A stretch of 64,000 nucleotides of DNA from Eledone cirrhosa (lineage: Eukaryota), in contig OZ024744.1 in the NCBI GenBank assembly GCA_964016885.1, positions 113,212,001 through 113,276,000 on the forward strand, given 5' to 3'. Under the pieces are notes generated by a model, which made no database searches, was not told where the DNA came from, and saw nothing but the letters and a program-made list of their open reading frames with translations. Shown here in pieces: positions 1 to 13,429 of this stretch. Each line of letters opens with the position of its first letter. Position 1 is the first letter of the stretch. Both the position numbers and the translations under genes were made by a program.

Positions 1-294
1 AGCATGGAAAATGGACGTTAAACGATGATGATGATATATATATATATATAAAACTTACAGAAAATAGAAGTACTGGGTATTGCACACATGAAAAGCACTC
101 TTAATACAATAGAAACAACACCACCAGAAAACCACACTGCACATACCCAAGGAACACAGACCCGTGCTCAGTATTGCAGTGACAACATACAATAAAAATA
201 AAACTAATAATAATGGTTTCTGATTTAGACACAAGGCCAACATTTATTTGTTTCTGAGGGGTAACTGTTCACTGAGCACAACAAATGCAGCTGT

Positions 295-1705
295 GCATTG
301 CAGCAATCCATCCTCTGAAAATGGGCCAAAAGCTGGCTGCCTGGGGGACTACCACTAGTTCTGATGGTTGACTCTATCAAAAGCTTTATATCCTTAGCCA
401 CACTCTCTATGATGCATCACATAAGGGAGAGGTTGTCATGGATGGCTCTGTTTGGGATGGCAAATGTCTGTGCCTCCCCTACCACTGATGTCAAGTGCCA
501 ACCTCACTGCTAATACCTTGGTTAAAACTTTGAACTGTGCATTTAGCAGTGTTATGGGCCTAAAACTATCCATATAATCCCCCTTATTCAGCGCCTTTCT
601 CAGCAGGCTCACAGAACCGAGAATTCTCCCGTTCTGCTGCCAAATGCAGTAGATGGTTGCCAAGAGGTCACTGAACAAGCCTGGGATATAAACGTAAAGC
701 GAATCATGCAAACCAGGTGATTTACCCCTCGTGCAGATAGTCATTGCCTCCAGGGATTTCAGTGGCTGTTATTGGCTTTTCACAACACTGTCAGGCAGGC
801 CATAGAGGTAGGCATTAAAGTCCATCCCATGATCTGGCCCACCACTGCTCCTGAACAGTTGAGCCAAGTGCTGATGAAAAGCCACACATCTGCTTGGGAT
901 TGTGTAACGTGCACCTGTCATAGTGCACCACAGATCAGATTGTGAATGTTACTATGCTGTGCTTCCACCACTCGCGTCCATTGACCGGCTTTGGTCTCCT
1001 CATGTCTAAGAGTGCACACCTTAGCTCTGACCATGCAACCGTGGTGCTTAGCATGAAGAATTGATCCAGGGCCAATCTTGCCACAAGAACGTCGGTTGCG
1101 ATGCCTTTGTTAATTGCATCTTTTAGTTTCTTTAACTAGCTCCCTCTCAACTCTAATGATTCTACTTTAATTGCTCTTGTCAGGGCATACCACCACTTGT
1201 TGACGATTGCCCCTGTCAGCATCCACATAACTAATTCACTCTCTCAAGGCTTTGTGTGTTGGGAATGAAGCGTTCAGTTTCCAGTAACCGGGTCCTTGCC
1301 AATGGAGCCTATCTAGATCTACTACACATGTCACAAATTTGTGGTCTGTGTATTCAACTATTTTAAATTGTCGACAACTTAAGCTATCCCTGCCTTCTTC
1401 CCTTCAGAATACTCTATCTAGAATCGATCTGGATGACACGATGCAGTTAGTCCATATCCACATTCGGGAAATCCAGTCGGTACCTGTCAGACAGTTGGAA
1501 ACGTCTGAGCAGGTTTGCAAAGCTTTTATGCCCTCCTCCCCTATCCACATGCATCTAAGATCCCGTTCCAATTGCCCATTAACACTAAAGAGCAGGACTT
1601 TCTTAGAAAAGTCTCCAGGCACCTGAAGAAATTAGTTTGTCCAACCCGTCGGAGCAGAGACGGCGACTAGCCTGAAGGCATGCCTTCCGCTGTTGGTCGC
1701 ATCCA
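295..1705 (-). mobile_element. Degenerate Tx1/L1-clade LINE ORF2 fragment (AP endonuclease end to start of RT)
   Basis: Minus strand encodes QGPGYWKLNAS (~1270-1300), SRIDRVF-like SILDRVF and FRPITLLNAQFKVLTKVLAVRL; broken by stops and frameshifts. Boundaries approximate. Confidence 0.8.
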
Positions 1706-1729
1706 GCAGTCTTCTTTCATTTGTTTCTG

Positions 1730-1895
1730 TATAATAGCTTCAGATTTAGGCAGAAGGCCAACAATTTTGGAGGAGGGGAAAGTCGATTAAATCGACGCCA
1801 GTGCATTACTGGTACTTTATTTTATCAGCCCCGTAAGGACAAAAGACAGAGCTAACCTCAGCGGAATTTGAACTCAGACTGTAAAGGGCTGTATA
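1730..1895 (-). mobile_element. tRNA-derived SINE family 1, partial copy
   Basis: Shares gtgcattactggtactttattttatc...gcggaatttgaactcaga with the full copy at 3484-3670. Confidence 0.65.
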
Positions 1896-2054
1896 CTATA
1901 GTGAAACCAGATTGTCTGACACTCAACTATAATAATAGACCCTGTGGCCAGTACTGTCTATTGGAAGTTATAACATTTGAAAGGGAGTCAATTAAATGAT
2001 CCAGTGTTGTTAAGATCATCACTGTGCAAATTAATAGCAATAATAATAATAATA

Positions 2055-2209
2055 ATGTTTCTACTTTCGGCATAAGGCCAGCAATTATCCCAGTGTATTA
2101 CTGGTACTTTATTTTATCGACACTGTGAGGATGAAAGGCAAAGTTAAACTCAGTGGGATTTCAACTCAGACCGTAAAGGGCCACAACTCTACCGATACTG
2201 CCAATCCAC
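2055..2209 (-). mobile_element. tRNA-derived SINE family 1, internally deleted copy
   Basis: Same body and head (ctctaccgatactgccaatccacc) as 3484-3670. Confidence 0.75.
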
Positions 2210-2535
2210 CTGAGGTGAAGATTGAGCACAACAAATCAGATATTGTCATATTGAGAAGAAAAAGAACCTGTACCCTCATAGATGAAGCGTGTCCTTTTGA
2301 CACCAGAATTGAAAGAAAAGAGCAGAAATTAGGGGTTTATAGCAACATAAAATATGAGATCTTGAAATGCTGGAGTAATGAAGTGTAGACAGTCATCATT
2401 GTCCCAGTGGTGATTGGTACTCTTGGTATGGTGACAAAGAACCTTAACAACTACCTGTTGAAGATAGATTTTGCACCAGAAGTCATCCCTACTGGGAACA
2501 GCCTGAATATTGAGAAAGGTTCTGGACTACCAACA
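2210..2535 (+). mobile_element. Restriction-like endonuclease C-terminus of an R4/Dong/NeSL-type non-LTR retrotransposon (pseudogene)
   Basis: KIEHNKSDIVIL...LIDEACPFDTRIERKEQK...IVPVVIGTLGMVTKNL...LGTA*ILRKVLDY fits the PD-(D/E)xK RLE tail motif pattern. Confidence 0.75.
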
Positions 2536-2639
2536 GTAGTGAAATGACAAGGAAGAATAGGAAAATGTTGGTATTACCCTAGGTTCTTTGTTGTAGCCTG
2601 GTATTCCCTAAAATTACCGGCCCAAAGCAACATCAAAGT

Positions 2640-3440
2640 TGGTCATGATAACTCTTTTACCTGTTCCAGCCATCCGGCTAAGGCCATGCTCAGGCACCGC
2701 CCTTGTTGCTACACATTCTATCTCCAGCCTGTGTTGGTTGGCCACCGATGAAAGAGAGAGTTCGTTGCTGTTGCCCTTAGGTTTCCCTCGTGCCATGCTG
2801 TGGGCTCATCCGGGATCCTGGATAGCAAATTGTTGAGATGTTTCTTGAAAACATCCACGTCCACACCGTGCAGATCTCTCCGATCCCTCAGCAGCTTGTT
2901 GAAGAGTTGAGGACCCTTGAACCCCAGGCTATTGCAATATCTGCTCCTTATTCTAGATATGGGACACGAGACCTTTGGTACCACACAGTGACGTCCTGTT
3001 TGGGGGTTGGTCTAGCTCCCAATGCCAAAGTTTGGTGCTAGTCCCTCCAGGATTTTCCACATGTAGATCATCACTGCGTATCTCTCCCGTCTTCATTCCA
3101 AGGAGTAGAGGTTCAGTTCTTTTAGCCTCTCCCAGTAGCTTATCTCCTTCATCGTCGCAATCCTCTTGGTGTAGCTTCGTTGGATTGCCTCAAGCTCCGT
3201 GGTTAGTTTGACACTATGGGGTGACCACAGCTGGGAACAATAGTCCAGGCAGCTTAGGACAAATGTCCTCCATAGTATCATCATGGTCTCGCAGTCTCTT
3301 GTCCAGATAGTCCCCAAGATCCAGCCAGCAAGTTGTCTGCACATTGTCGCCACCTTCATATGTGTTAGGAAAAATATGCATCGTCGCTCATGTCTATTCC
3401 CTGGTCTCGTATCGATTTCGATCCCTCCTGGTCCAGTGTA
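2640..3440 (-). mobile_element. CR1/L2-group LINE 3' end (pseudogene)
   Basis: LDYCSQLWSPH...ELEAIQRSYTKRI...YWERLKELNLYSLE, then KGPQLFNKL...VDVFKKHLNNLLSRIPDEP, typical CR1-group ORF2 C-terminus. Confidence 0.85.
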
Positions 3441-3483
3441 GCTGTGTTGTACTGTATTTGGAGGTTGGTATTAGTTACAAAAT

Positions 3484-4116
3484 AATTGTTTCTACTTTAG
3501 GTACAAGGCCAGCAATTACCCAGTGCATTACTGGTACTTTATTTTATCGACTCCGTAAGGATGAAAGGCAAAGTCAACCTCGGCGGGATTTGAACTCAGA
3601 TCGTAAAGGGACGTAACTATGCTGGAAAGCATGGCGTCCGACCCTCTACCAATACTGCCAATCCACCGCCCTATTAGTTACAAAATAATAATAATGTTGA
3701 TGGTTTCTGATTTAGGCACAACACCAACAATTGGGGCAGGGGGGTGTGATTAAATAGACCCCAGTGCATTACTGGTGCTTTATTTATAAAGCCCCGTAAG
3801 GATGAAAGGCAAAGCTAACCTTGATAAGATTTGAACTCAGAATGTACAGGGCTGTAACTATGCTGTAAAGCATGTTGTCCGACACTCTACCAATTCTGCC
3901 AATCCACCATCCTATAATAATATTAATAATAATTGTTTCTACTTTAGGCACAAGGCCAGCAATTACCCAGTACATTACTGGTGCTTTATTTTATCGACCC
4001 TGTAAGGATGAAAGGCAAAGTTAACCTCAGTGGGATTTGAACTCAGACCGTAAAGGGACATAACTATGCTGGAAAGCATGGTGTCCGACTCTCTACCAAT
4101 ACTGCCAATCCACCGC
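3484..4116 (-). mobile_element. Three adjacent copies of tRNA-derived SINE family 1 (~3484-3670, ~3702-3910, ~3931-4116)
   Basis: Minus strand shows A box TGGCAGTATTGG, B box GAGTTCAAATCC, a central gcctttcatccttacggagtcgataaaataaagtacc segment resembling the Meta/MESC SINE domain, and an (ATT)n tail. Confidence 0.85.
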
Positions 4117-4734
4117 TAATAATAATGAAATTCTATTTAATTTAGTTTCAAAACTCACAAATAAAATTCTGTGATGAACAAGTTTCTAATTAATTTATGA
4201 TGCCATTGAAACAAATTTATTAAAACAAGACAAACACAGAAATACTAAGTCTTATTAGTTTCATACTTGTTGGAAAAGGAAAAATGAATGTTTCAATGTA
4301 TCAGATGTTAATCCCTCATCTTTTTTTTTTTCAGTCAAGCCCATCAGCTGATCAGCCCACTGCTTATCAACTGAGAGTACAAGACTACTCCTGGACAGAA
4401 CAGCAGTCCATCATAGATACAACTCCTTGCTGCTGCTGCTGCTGCTAGTCCTTTTCATCTGAGTATACTGCAGAACACAACATATTATCATGGATAGACA
4501 GACAGAATGAAAACCACAACATTGTGATCACAAGTCCAACATCACCATAACTTATGCCTCATGCCAGTAGAGAGGAAGTCTTGTACTCTCAATCAATACC
4601 AATGAAACCAGAATTGAGTCCTTCATCAGGAAACAGTTAAGTTATGAGAGAAAGAGGAGGGTAGGTGAGATAGGTGGTCAATAGTCCAGTGTGGAGGATG
4701 AAGGAAAGTGCCAGGTCTATCATTAGTGGTCAAA

Positions 4735-4902
4735 TGGAGGGTGAGGGAGGGTCAGGTGCTAGGTCTATCATTGGTGGGCAAATGGAGGGTGAGGTGCTAG
4801 GTCTATCATTGGTGGGCAAATGGAGGGTGAGGTGCTAGGTCTATCATTGGTGGGCAAATGGAGGGTGAGGTGCTAGGTCTATCATTGGTGGGCAAATGGA
4901 GG
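4735..4902. repeat. 38-bp minisatellite, ~4.5 copies
   Basis: Unit ggtgctaggtctatcattggtgggcaaatggagggtga recurs at 38-bp spacing (e.g. 4791, 4829). Confidence 0.9.
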
Positions 4903-5147
4903 TACATTATATGTTTGCTGATTTTCTTTTTTGTGTGTATGTGATGTGAAATTTGTTTGGTGGTGTGTGTGTGTGTGTGTGTGTTAATCGGTCTATGTGT
5001 ATATGTTTGCATATTGCCTATGTGTGTGTCTGATCAATTGAATGGGTGTGTTTTGGTGTGTATTTTGTTCATGGTGGCATGTGTATGTGTGTGCGTGCGT
5101 GTAAATAGGAAGAAGAGAACGAAAAAGAAGAAAAAGAGAACAATTAC

Positions 5148-5231
5148 CGAGAACTTCCAGGCGATCCTTGGCCATGACAAGGTTAGTTGACATTTTGTCT
5201 TTCAACCGTTTGGCACGGTCCCATGCATCTC
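5148..5231 (-). CDS. SPAST: Spastin exon, second half of MIT domain (84 bp, phase 1-1)
   Basis: ttaatag|GAGATG...TTCTCG|gtaatt; translates (G)[27 protein letters not shown], matching spastin [24 protein letters not shown]; in phase with exon 16632-16715. Confidence 0.93.
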
Positions 5232-5659
5232 CTATTAATAGAAAAACGAGAGTGAAATATATGAAATATATATATTAGTGGTTGCATGATGGCAGCATTG
5301 CATAATCATGAACACCAAAGAAATATGTATTATCGCAGATTCTGAATAGAATGAGAAATTAATATTTTCAACTGACTTTCACAATTATCATTATTGTATA
5401 TATATACTTTGTCATGGACTACTAAATTACATTTGGTAGGATACACATGACGTTGAGTGCTTGAACCTAATTGCATCATTATTTATTGTACTGATAAAAT
5501 AAGTGGGATAAAGTTATTAAGATACTAATATACACACCCACTTACACACGTATACATATACATACATACATGCTTGCACATGTACAGGTACATACACAAA
5601 TCAACACCAACATAATGGAATAAACAAAACAATGTGTATGTGTACAATATACAACGGCA

Positions 5660-5905
5660 GAGGAGATGCACTAGACAGAGGAAACTATGACAGCATCAAA
5701 CTGATGGACCAGATCATGAAAGTTACAGAGTCATTGTACAACAGATTATGGACTAAATTAACCTAGATGAGATGCAGTTCAGGTTTGTATCAAATAAAAG
5801 TACCACTGATGTCCTCTTCTTTCTGAGGCAACTGCAGAAGTACCTAGCTAACGGCAAGTACCTCTAATTTGCAATTGTTAGTTGTTGACCTGTAGAAAGC
5901 ATTTA
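5660..5905 (+). mobile_element. RTE LINE reverse-transcriptase fragment
   Basis: ALDRGNYDSIKLMDQIMKV...LDEMQF...STTDVLFFLRQLQK; homologous to 12020-12215. Confidence 0.8.
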
Positions 5906-5970
5906 ATATATCATCATCATCGTTTAACGTCCATCTTCCATGCTTGCATGGGTTAGCATATATATATATA

Positions 5971-8900
5971 CTAGCAGAAGAACCACCCATCGGGCGGTTT
6001 TCTGCTAGCATATGTAGTGTGCATATTGATATTATACGCAAATACATATGCATATAGATATGATATGTAAATTGAAAAGTAAATTGCCAATATGCACATA
6101 AATTGAACAAAGGCTGTGTTACACTTTCTTCTGTAAAGTAATCCATGATACATTTAAATAAGACAATAATGAAGATGGAAAAATGATGAGACTTGACGAA
6201 AAATGTTCATGAATCTTAACTTGAGAATGTCGGCGGGAAGCTTCAAGCAGTGTATTTGAAAATAGATGCTGCTGGTGGGAATAAATGAATTACGTTTACC
6301 AATATAAAGAGTTGGCCTTTGCTATATTATTGTTTTACATATAGACTTCTTAAGTTTTTTTAGTGTCCCTTTTCTAGCAATTAAAAAGAAACTTAAATGC
6401 ATTTCAATTAAATGAGAGTGGTGGTTGTTTTACATCACTGTAGACTTTCTTTGTAGACACAGTTTGTCAGCAAACAGACACCTTCCATTTAATATTTTTA
6501 TATTTTCTTTTTTTGTAACTCGTGATAATGCAACATACATTTGACCACGTGAGAAGAATTGTGTTGGTAGATATACACCTATCTTTTCAAATGTCTGCCC
6601 TTGTGCCTTGTTGCATGTAAGGGCAAAGGCTGGTTTGACAGTAAAATTGCTTGCGAGTAAAAGTGAAAGGGCACTGAAGCTCTTGAGATACATGTGGTAT
6701 CCTTGGGATTAGCAACCTTGTTCCAGGGACCCAAAGCCACTTCAACTTCAATCACATGATTATGTAAACTGATAATAATGATGTGGCGTGTACCATTGAA
6801 AAAATCTTTGAAGCTTCTGTGACGGCATTCAAAGATATGCTTATGTCCCGTACTTATCTCATCAATGATTAGCAGGTCAGCTTGCTGCATAAGTTTACCT
6901 GTGGCATCCCTCTTTGAGAAGGAGCAAATAGATTCAGCAGTCACATTGAGAGGAATCTTGCTCTTGGATGAAGAGTTCTACCTCTGTGAAGCAAATGGCT
7001 GTGCAATCTTTTTTTGAGTGGAGGTAATCCAATATGATGTTTCTGACATAGGTATTTCCTGTATCTGCACTTGCATTCAAGGAGAAAATCTAACGTTATT
7101 TCCATTTACAGAGGTGATGACTTTGTGAAAAATAACCAGTTGCTCAGGATTCAATGTTGGCAGAAGTTCATTTATGTTTGCTTGCAGTTGGTGTGTATTG
7201 AAATCAGTTTCTGCCACAAGAACCCTGTTGATAATATGGCAACAATAGTTGGATCTGGCCAAGGAAGTCCATAGTTGACAAGGATGTCCAAGCCATCATG
7301 CTGAAGTTTTTGTTGGATCTTCTGTAGAACAATCTGCACGGTTTGCATGGACATGGCTTGCTCATGACGTTCATGCATGATATCCTCTGCAAGACAATTC
7401 TTCCATTTCTCCCAGAACTGCAGTACAATAAAATGGTGCAGAATATCTCTCACAGCTGAGCACCAAGCATAATGGATGAGGCCTCTTACATAGCTTTGTC
7501 TTTTTCTCCATCTTCATCCAACAGACCAAGTTCCTGCATGTTTCTTGGAATGTTGGAAATTCAACTCCTTCAATTGTCCTCAAATCTTCATATGAAGTTG
7601 ACCCAGCCTTGTGATGTAGGATCATTCTGAGGTAATATAATTCAGATTGATGTCTACTGAGTGATACTGTTGGAATATGTCCAAGAGATTCACTCATAAA
7701 TTGTTGATCACCATCCAGATGTCCCTTTTTACTTCTTTGCCACTTTTTGTTTGTCCAAGTGAAATATTTAGGAATATCAATATACAATATGTTTTGTGCC
7801 AGTAGATATATAATATTCTGTTGAAAATATTCCGTCAACTTAGTCATTGGCTATCCCCTAGAAACAACACTTTCTTCCTGCCCGCCTTCATACACGACCA
7901 TTTATTCCCCAGGTAAATGGCAAGGCAACTTTTCAACTGGCGGTTTTCGATGATGTAATGGAAATTTATAGATTCTCCAGAACGCTTCACTGGCTGAGAT
8001 GTACCATGCATTGATATAGGTCTCAATCTCATTTTGGGCATGGACACAATTTCCTTGATCATCCTTAATAGTGAAAGTGATCTTGTCTGATCCTTTTGTG
8101 ATGTACTTATATAAGTACTTAATAGCCTTGACACTGTGGACAACCTCAAATTGATGTGGCACTGATATCTCAATGAGAGGAAAGGGTTGTATGGAACAAT
8201 CCACGGATTATCAACAGTAAATTCTTGACCTTTAAGTTAGATTGTATGGGTGTGTGTGACCACCATGCTGTCTATCCCTTCTTCTATACTGCGGAAAGAA
8301 ATTTTCAGCAACAAATGTGGTTTGTCTGAATGCCTTAGGATAACTTTTTGAGCAATGGCGTTGTTGTCCTAGCCCTTCTATACATGAACACATATTAGCT
8401 TGTCCACATGGACCATGAATGTTGTAGGATGTGATGATCTTATGTAGAATTGGATTGGTCTCTTTATTAGAAATTTCCCAGTACACTACCTGATCAATGG
8501 TATCTGTAGTTTTGGGCTTGCAATCTTCAGTCATTATCAGCAGAATATGAGCATGAGTGAGGCCTTGTTTCTGCCACTCTATTGTAGCAGAATGAGCCAC
8601 AACTTTTTCTAGGACATTTTTTCAGTATGTCATCCATCAGGACGGTCCCTAGGTTCTTCACCAGGGTGCACACTATTTTTTATTTTATCCCAGTTAGGGT
8701 CAGTTGTTACTGTGCTGAAATAAGATGGCTTTCACATGTGTGAAACTACAGCCATCGAAGCACTCAGTGTAGAAATCAGTGGGTGTGAGTGTGTGGTTGT
8801 TGTCAATCCTTTTTAAACCAATCTGAAATCCATCATTCTCCCAAGGAAACAGTAGCACATAATGCAACTGATGGATCCTTTGAAGACCACCATCTTGCAG

Positions 8901-9060
8901 TAGTGCAAGTCTTCTTGCAGTTCCTGCAGGACAGCAGCATCTAAATTAGCATGATGCAAGCGATTCAAAAGCCCATGATCTGTATCATAGAAGTAGAGCT
9001 GTGCAAACTTGGGTGAAGCATCACTTGGAAGTAGGTAGACTTCCTGCATTATGTTGTGGC
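5971..9060 (-). mobile_element. Helitron remnant (Rep HUH nuclease + Pif1 helicase, fragmented)
   Basis: PKFAQLYFYD; IEWQKQGLTHAHILL (Rep motif II); YLYKYITKG (motif III); LLIIDEIS; FALTCNKAQGQT...GQMYVALSRV (Pif1). Minus-strand end is a hairpin finishing CTAG|T at 5971. Confidence 0.92.
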
Positions 9061-10077
9061 ATTATGGAAAGAACAGTTTGCTTCTGGAAAAGTTCATCAG
9101 TAGGATTCTTTGCCAGACTTTCAATTGACCTGAATGTTTGGTGTACTAGAATTGTTTTCCATATCCTGACACATGTGTATATATGTGTATGTGTATATGC
9201 ATACATTTATATGTATGAGTATATAAATATAAACATCCAAACTGACACGCTTACAAAAATATACATTCAGACATACATTCACACTTTCACCATCCCCTTT
9301 CTTCCGGTGTGGAGTGCTAGGGCACGGCAAGGCACTACAGACGTCGTGGCCATCCACTGCAGCCAAGGAAGTCCCTGGTCGTGATGGTCCTCCGTACCAC
9401 TGGATTCTTGCTTCTGCGGCCGAGTGAGTGGGACAGTCACTGTGCACTGGCCCTCCTACTATAAACCTTTCCCGCACAGGTTTCTTCTTTAGCGTGTACT
9501 CCCAAAGCCCTGCGGCGATGGTTATAAAGAAGATGTCATCATCGTTTACGATGGACAACCAAGGGATATATATATATTTTTTTTTTTTTTTTCAGTGTGG
9601 TCTACCTTTCATGTTAGGGTCCGTACTGTAGATAGAACTCAATGTAATCTGATAAGCGAATAATCCAGTGAAGTCCATAAAAAGGTTCAATGTTCCACTG
9701 AGTTAATACCATAGATACAGAGTCTGATATTAGATATTAATTTAACAATGAAAATAATAACAACAATGCCAAGTTATTTTACCTATTCATATCATTGTTT
9801 TACAATCGTTTCGAAGGGTTGGTCATATTGACTGATCTATAGTAGTTATATAACTATACTATCAGACATCATTTAAAGATTCGATCAAACTGTCTTCTTT
9901 GGAAGAAGACGGTTTGATCTCACCAGTCAAAATAATATTGGCAATGTACTCTTACACAATGTACTTAGTAGATTTAAAAAGAATCTCCTCAATATATAAG
10001 TTCATTAACAGGTGTGACACAGGTGAATTCAGGTGTTTTTGTATCTAATGTGTTCCAATATATTTTTTTTAATATTG

Positions 10078-11500
10078 TCAGACAATATTTCTATCATGAT
10101 ATTGGCCAAAACAGCCTTTACATAATGGCACTTTGCAAAAGGAACAAATAAACGAGGTTTCAATTTGATAACCTTTAACAGTTTTTCTCTTTTGCAAAGA
10201 GCACATTCGGCAAACCTTCTTCTTCCCATCAATTTTCTCCACTTTATGAAAATCAATATTTTCTTTGTTCACCTCAGATAATTTCGACTTTCTCCCAGCT
10301 TTGTGTTTGTGAGAAGTATATCCTCCACATAGCTGAGAGGCAATGTTTACACAAAATTTCATGTGGCAGTAGTCCTTTGGTGGTGGCAGATCCTTGTGGC
10401 TTTTAGTGAATACAATAAAAGAATTCACAATGGTTAAATTCACTAAAAACCACAAGATATATCTCCACCATTTCTTCCCAGGCGTCCAACTGGGTAATAG
10501 GTGCAATATTGGTCAGATTTGTCAACCCCCGCCCGGATATTTATTGTAGGAGAGGTTGACTAAAGGTTTACCTTCAGCCCCAACTCCTGGTTGTTGGTTA
10601 GAAGATAGGAACAAAATTTACCATTTGTCTTTGTACAATGTGGCTAACATGTTCCCTTTTTGCACTTGGAGAATGTCCCCTCTTTTTTTAAATTTTGTGA
10701 CTTATTTCTTGGAGTAGCCCTTTGCAATTCCCCATTATTGTACCGCAGGTGTACGTATTTACGAGGGCAAGGTCCTCTGCTAGAAGCACTGAAGAAAAAA
10801 ACAGTCAACATATGTGTGTGTTGAGAGTAGAAGGGTTCAGTCAGAGACCACACAACATTGTACCCCAATCCATCTTTCCTCTCTCCGTTGTGTTTCTTTC
10901 CTGTGTAAACAAAGTTTGCACAGTAGCCTGTGTCCCATTCACAGAGTTCCCACACCTTGATACCTCATTTGGTGGGTTTAGCTGGCATACATTGTCTGAA
11001 ATGTACCCTACCCTTATACCCAATCATAGCTTCATCAACACTAAGATTTTTCCCAGGTATATAAACAGTTTTAAATTTTTCAGATAGTATTTTAATTAAT
11101 GGTCGAACTTTATACAGAGGTCAGAATTCAATTCATTTCTACCGGGAGCATTTGAAGTATCAACCAGGTGCAAATACTGGTTTAATTTTAAATACCTCGT
11201 TTTTGCCATAATACTTGATATATATAGGGGTCACTAAACCTTATATCAGTGCTCCAGTAATTCCACAGTCTTGGAAATTGTTTTATACCAAACATAATAT
11301 TTATGGTAAAAAACGCTTGCATCTCCGCACCATCTGTTGGTCGCCATAACAGATCGGGTTTTCCTCGATTTGAAATCTGTTGTTGGGCATATTGATTAGT
11401 CACTTCTGCTGCAACTTCGAAGAAAGTTTGTGGCAAAAACAAAAAGAAATAATTCAGTGCTTTAACATCAGGAAGTAATGTGTGTGTGATTTTCAATAAA
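10078..11500 (-). mobile_element. piggyBac (PGBD4-like) transposase pseudogene
   Basis: WRPTDGAEMQAFF, DPLYKVRPLI, SVDEAMIG, YNKYPGGVDKSDQ, KKWWRYILWFLVNLTIVNSFI and C-terminal Cys-rich CRMC...CSFCKVPLCKGCFGQYH; frameshifted; TTAA/TIR ends not identified. Confidence 0.9.
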
Positions 11501-11533
11501 ATCAGGAACATGTATAGGTGTAGATAGGGTATT

Positions 11534-11830
11534 TGGCTCACAATCGTTAGGTCATGAGTTTGATTCCCTGGCAGTGCCTTGTGTCCTTGAGTAAGATTTT
11601 ATTTTATGTTGCTCCAGTCAACTCAGCTGGCAAAAATATGTACCTGTAAATATGTACCTGTAATTCAAAAGGCCAGCCTTGTCACATTCTGTGACACGCT
11701 GAATCTCCTTGAGAATTACGTTAAGGGTATGCATGTCTATGGAATGCTCAGCCACTGTACATTAATTTTACAAGCAGGCTGTGTCGTTGATCAGATCAAC
11801 TGGAACACTCGTCATAATGTATGGAATGCG
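11534..11830 (+). mobile_element. CORE-type tRNA SINE (family 2 relative, different tail)
   Basis: B-box-like gagtttgattcc, then gtgtccttgagtaaga...ttgctccagtcaactcagctg, shared with 16123-16457. Confidence 0.65.
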
Positions 11831-11861
11831 AGAAAAAAAATATATATGTATATATATATGT

Positions 11862-13210
11862 ACGGTCCATCAGGAATAGTTGCTGAGATGCTGAAAGCAT
11901 CTGGGTCGGTGGGACACACTATAACCACATGTATTGTTAACCTATTGTAATACTAGATGGCGTCATACCAAAGGATTGGTGCAGCAGCATCATTGTCAAC
12001 TGCTACAAGAGTAAATGTGATGCACTAGATAGAGGAAACTATAGAGGTATAAAGCTGATGGACCAGGTCATGAAAGTAACGGAAAGAGTTATAGCACAGT
12101 TGATTAGGGACCGGTTAAATCTAGATGAGATGCAGTTTAGGTTTGTGCCAGGAAAAGGCACCACTGATGCCCTCTTCCTTGTGAGGCAGTTACAGGAATA
12201 GTACCTAGCTAAAAGTAAGTCACGTGGATGATCTTACACTCATAGCTGAATCTATGGTAGAACTAGAGAAGAAGCAGGGCCTAGAAAGAAGGGGTCTCAA
12301 AGTCAACCTGACAAAGACTAAGGTTCTCGTAAGTAGAAGAGAAATCAGAACCCAGATCCCCTCGGGGAAATGGCCTTGTTCAATATGTAGGAAAGGTGTA
12401 GAGCATTCTGAAAGTACAGTAACTAGAGTGAGAACGGGATGAAAGAAGTTCAGGGAGCTACTACCACTGCTAGCTACAAAAGGCTTTTCCCTCAAAATGA
12501 AAGGCAGACTGTATGATGCGTGTATACGAACAGCAATGTTACATGGTAGTGAGACCTGGGCGTTGTCTGTGGAAGACTTGCGTAGATTGGAAAGCCTGCA
12601 TGCTCCGATGGATGTGTAATAGTAATATACGTGAATGGCAAAGCATAAACGAATTGAGAGAGAAACTGAGCATAAGAGAAGATTACGTTGGTATGGACAT
12701 CTGATGCGTAAGAAGGATGACAGCTGCATAAAAAGGCGCAGAGCACTAAAAGTTGATAGATACCTTGGAGTGGGGAGACCCAAGAAGACCTGGGATGAGG
12801 TGATAAAAGCCGACCTTACCCAATTACACCTCTCAAACAATGACACAGGACTGAGATCTCTGGTGTTAAGCAGTAATACAGAAGACCCGACTTTCCACTG
12901 GTACAAGCCAAATCATATATACAGTGTACCCCAACCCACCCTCCCATACACCCCCTATGAGGACAGGCCAAAGGAAATGCATCCAGTGAAGCCCCCAGTC
13001 CACACTGTAAACTGGTCATGTAGGTGTCATGGTAAAAAGCACCCAGCACTCACTGTAATAGAGGTTGGTGTTAGGAAGGGCATCTAACTGTAGAAATCAA
13101 GTCAGAATCAGTTCTGTTTGAGCAAGACATGGTCACTTGTCCACAACAGGACAACTTGTCTAATCCATGCTAGCGTGGAAAATAGATGTAAAATAGTGGT
13201 GATGATGATG
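11862..13210 (+). mobile_element. RTE LINE, 5'-truncated, with 3' UTR and (GAT)n tail
   Basis: GPSGIVAEMLKA, NYRGIKLMDQVMKV, DDLTLIAES, RRLRWYGHLMRK, GRPKKTWDEV; ends aatccatgctagcgtggaaaatagatgtaaaatagtggtgatgatgat. Confidence 0.9.
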
Positions 13211-13227
13211 ATATATGTATATACATG

Positions 13228-13279
<52 letters not shown>

Positions 13280-13429
13280 GTATTTCCCGGCATCGAAGAC
13301 ACTACTTATTTCCTAAAATAAGTAAAAAATCTACCATGTGTTCAGCAGGCCGAAAGTTGTTTATTATTTTTTTTCAAATGTTTGGTTGTCAAAATTAGGG
13401 TGGGTCTTCGACGGTATATGTGTATATCC

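Noticed and set aside
9780-9875. Possible third hammerhead on the minus strand (ctgatag...cgaaac)
   Set aside because: Core lacks G8/A9 without compensation, and stems I and III do not pair convincingly.
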